From: Myxococcota bacterium
Lineage (GTDB): Bacteria > Myxococcota > Kuafuiibacteriia > Kuafuiibacteriales > Kuafuiibacteriaceae
DNA: 64,000 bases
Reading direction: 5' to 3'
NCBI GenBank assembly: GCA_965223435.1
Contig: CBDCWQ010000023.1
Coordinates: 790,694 to 854,693, forward strand
Shown here piece after piece: positions 61,824 to 64,000 of this stretch. The stretch's first letter is position 1. Every line of letters starts with the position of its first letter. The notes below the pieces were generated by a model. It did no database searches and was not told the origin of the DNA. It was given only the letters and a program-made list of their open reading frames with translations. Position numbers and translations under genes: made by a program.

Positions 61824-63953
61824 TTACTCGCCGGGTTCCTTGTTTTGGCTGCGCACGGATCTGGCTTCGAGCCACTCGGTAAAAGTTTGTGCGTTGAGGG
61901 GGCGGCTAAAGTAATATCCCTGAACGATTTCGCAGCCCTCTTCGGTGAGGTAGTCTAGTTCGCCGATGGATTCGACGCCCTCCGCCACCACTTGTAGACG
62001 AAGACGCTTGGACAGGGAAATAATGGAGGACACGATAGCTTTGGTGTCGGGGTTGGTCATGACGTCTCCAATGAAGGAACGATCGATTTTCAGCGTGTCG
62101 ATTGGAAACTTCCGGAGGTAGGTTAAAGACGAGTAGCCCGTCCCAAAGTCGTCGAGCGCAACCTTCACACCGAGGGCTTTGATCTGATGGATGATGGCTT
62201 CACCGTTGTCGAGATCCTCCATCAGGACGTTTTCGGTGATCTCCACTTCGAGGTATTCAGGGCTGAGTCCGGTTTCATCGAGGACCTCGGAGATGGTGTT
62301 GAGCAAGGTTTCGTTACGAAACTGTTTGCCCGACACATTGACCGCCATGCGGAGCGGCGTGAGGCCCATGTCCAGCCATCGTTTGGCTTGTTGGCATGCG
62401 GTTCGTATGACCCAGGCTCCGATGGGGACGATGAGTCCGGTTTCTTCGGCCAAAGAGATGAAGTCGAGGGGGGCGACTGGTCCGCGTTGCGGGTGCCTCC
62501 ATCGGATGAGGGCCTCGACCCCCATCGGTTTTCCGGTGCTCACGTCTATTTGGGGTTGGTAGTGGAGTTCGAACTCGTCTCTTTCCAGCGCCAGCCGGAG
62601 CCCGTTTTCCAAAGATAGACGTTCCAGCGCCTGCGCGGTCAATGAACGTTCGTAGAAGCGGTAGGTGTTTCTGCCTTGAGATTTTGCGTAGTACATGGCT
62701 GTGTCCGCGTTCCTTAAGAGCACATTCACGTCCATGCCATCCTTTGGAAAGATGGCGATGCCTACACTCACGGTTGTGTTGATATCGTGTCCTTCTAGCT
62801 CGAACGGTTCGGCGATGGCACATGTGATTCGGTTTGCAACAACGGCAGCGTCTTCTGCTCGTCTCAGATCTGATAACAAGATGACAAACTCGTCGCCGCC
62901 CAGGCGAGCCACCGATGAATCCTGGTCTGCCGCATGTTGGTCTGAGCGGGTGACGCAATCTGATTTTCGCACACATGCACGAAGCCGGTCCGCGACCTGC
63001 ATCAGCAGTTGATCACCAACGTGGTGGCCCATGGTGTCATTGATTTGCTTAAATGAGTCCAGGTCAAGGCAAAGTAAGGCCCCACAGCGTTCGTAGCGGT
63101 TCGCTTGGGCTAAAGCGGTCGAAATATGTTCATGAAGAAAGGCACGGTTTGGGAGGTTGGTTAAACTGTCAAAGAACGCCAGGTGTCGGAGCTGCTCTTC
63201 CGCCTTACGTTTGTCGGTAATGTCTTGCGCAGTACCCATAAGACGTTCGTCGTCGCCGCTATCGTCCGACCACCAGTAAGCATCCTGCCGTATGATGCGT
63301 TCGGTGCGGTCTTTGAGTACAACACGATGTTCTGAAACAAATCCTGTCCGGGAACTGATGGCGTGACTGAATAACTCGTGGACTCTGGCTCGGTCTTCCT
63401 CGTGGATTTTCGACAGCAGATCTGAATAACGTTGAATCTGTCCCGGGTTCAGGTCGAATACGCGATGCATTTCCGCCGAAACCTCCAAGCGTCCATCGGA
63501 TGAAACACACTCCCACCCCCCGAGCCGGGCTACTCTTTCAGTGGCTCTGAGCCTACGTTCGCTATCGTGCAACGTTTGCATATATTGCTGAGATCGCAAA
63601 ATGTAGCGGATACGGTGGACCAGAATCACGGGCTGGAAGGGCTTGATGACGAAATCGGTGGCGCCGACGTCGTAGGCCCGGTCTATGGAGGGACCGTCGC
63701 CAAGCCCTGTCATGACCACAACCGCGCTGTACTTCCTGTTTGGGAGCTTTTTGAGCTCTGCGCAGGTAGCAAAACCGTCGAGGTCGGGCATCACAAGGTC
63801 GAGAAGGGTGAGGTCGAAGCTCGTCTGCTTCGATAGTTCAATACCTTCGCGGCCGGAGTTTGCTTCTTGGATCTCGAATCCCTCGGGGACCAGAGTCTCC
63901 CGAAGGAGAAGACGACTTACGGGGTCGTCGTCAATGATGAGGATTCGAGCCAT
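61824..63953 (-). CDS. Response-regulator receiver + PAS + GGDEF + EAL signalling protein (c-di-GMP turnover).
   Basis: 'MARILIIDDDPVSRLLL…DLVMPDLDG' REC. 'RLGGDEFVILL' GGDEF. 'EALIRW', 'DDFGTGYSSL', 'KIDRSF' EAL motifs. Confidence 0.9.
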   Translation of the reverse strand: MARILIIDDDPVSRLLLRETLVPEGFEIQEANSGREGIELSKQTSFDLTLLDLVMPDLDGFATCAELKKLPNRKYSAVVVMTGLGDGPSIDRAYDVGATDFVIKPFQPVILVHRIRYILRSQQYMQTLHDSERRLRATERVARLGGWECVSSDGRLEVSAEMHRVFDLNPGQIQRYSDLLSKIHEEDRARVHELFSHAISSRTGFVSEHRVVLKDRTERIIRQDAYWWSDDSGDDERLMGTAQDITDKRKAEEQLRHLAFFDSLTNLPNRAFLHEHISTALAQANRYERCGALLCLDLDSFKQINDTMGHHVGDQLLMQVADRLRACVRKSDCVTRSDQHAADQDSSVARLGGDEFVILLSDLRRAEDAAVVANRITCAIAEPFELEGHDINTTVSVGIAIFPKDGMDVNVLLRNADTAMYYAKSQGRNTYRFYERSLTAQALERLSLENGLRLALERDEFELHYQPQIDVSTGKPMGVEALIRWRHPQRGPVAPLDFISLAEETGLIVPIGAWVIRTACQQAKRWLDMGLTPLRMAVNVSGKQFRNETLLNTISEVLDETGLSPEYLEVEITENVLMEDLDNGEAIIHQIKALGVKVALDDFGTGYSSLTYLRKFPIDTLKIDRSFIGDVMTNPDTKAIVSSIISLSKRLRLQVVAEGVESIGELDYLTEEGCEIVQGYYFSRPLNAQTFTEWLEARSVRSQNKEPGE

Positions 63954-64000
63954 AGCCGAACTCGCTTACCAGAGTAACATAGTCCCGAATGCGGTTTTTT

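Overview
High-GC (~63%) bacterial chromosomal window. Gene content points to a Myxococcota/deltaproteobacterial-type genome (low-confidence taxonomic inference): zinc-ribbon/GYF-like membrane protein, spondin_N–CHRD protein, type II glutamine synthetase, giant secreted proteins.

Left third, housekeeping and envelope genes:
- A 5'-partial zinc-ribbon/GYF-like/Pro-Asn-repeat/TM protein runs off the window start (1..2014, minus). It is absent from the supplied ORF track.
- UvrD-family helicase, Slt lytic transglycosylase and a LuxR-type response regulator form a translationally coupled minus-strand block.
- A TIGR02757/DUF2400-like protein, then the thrS-infC-rpmI-rplT operon.
- A lipoprotein, a spondin_N+CHRD secreted protein, and a type II (eukaryote-like) glutamine synthetase with an upstream sigma54-type promoter.

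Centre, ~41 kb (16.3–57.4 kb), the main candidate system:
- Three same-strand giant paralogous ORFs of 3508, ~4094 and 4528 aa, with signal peptides/lipoboxes.
- They share a collinear core: bacterial Ig-like repeats, an FN3-like region, a BNR/Asp-box region with a conserved Cys cluster, and a large helical core with near-identical motif blocks.
- Each carries a different C-terminal module: B has an HExxH metallopeptidase-like motif plus a basic tail; C has a degenerate subtilase-like domain with Thr in the catalytic Ser position.
- A small island sits between paralogs A and B: ECF sigma factor, small downstream ORF, MscS-like channel, and a divergently transcribed tandem two-domain GT2 glycosyltransferase.
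- This looks like an undescribed family of polymorphic giant secreted (lipo)proteins with an associated regulator and glycosyltransferase.

Right end:
- An MbnP/MbnH-like lipoprotein + di-haem cytochrome c peroxidase pair.
- An MFS transporter and a REC-PAS-GGDEF-EAL protein.

No tRNA/rRNA genes, CRISPR arrays, transposases or integrases were recognised. Several simple repeats were noted: a 72-bp x3 in-frame repeat, a (CTGGAC)n microsatellite, and a poly-A/T tract inside a CDS.
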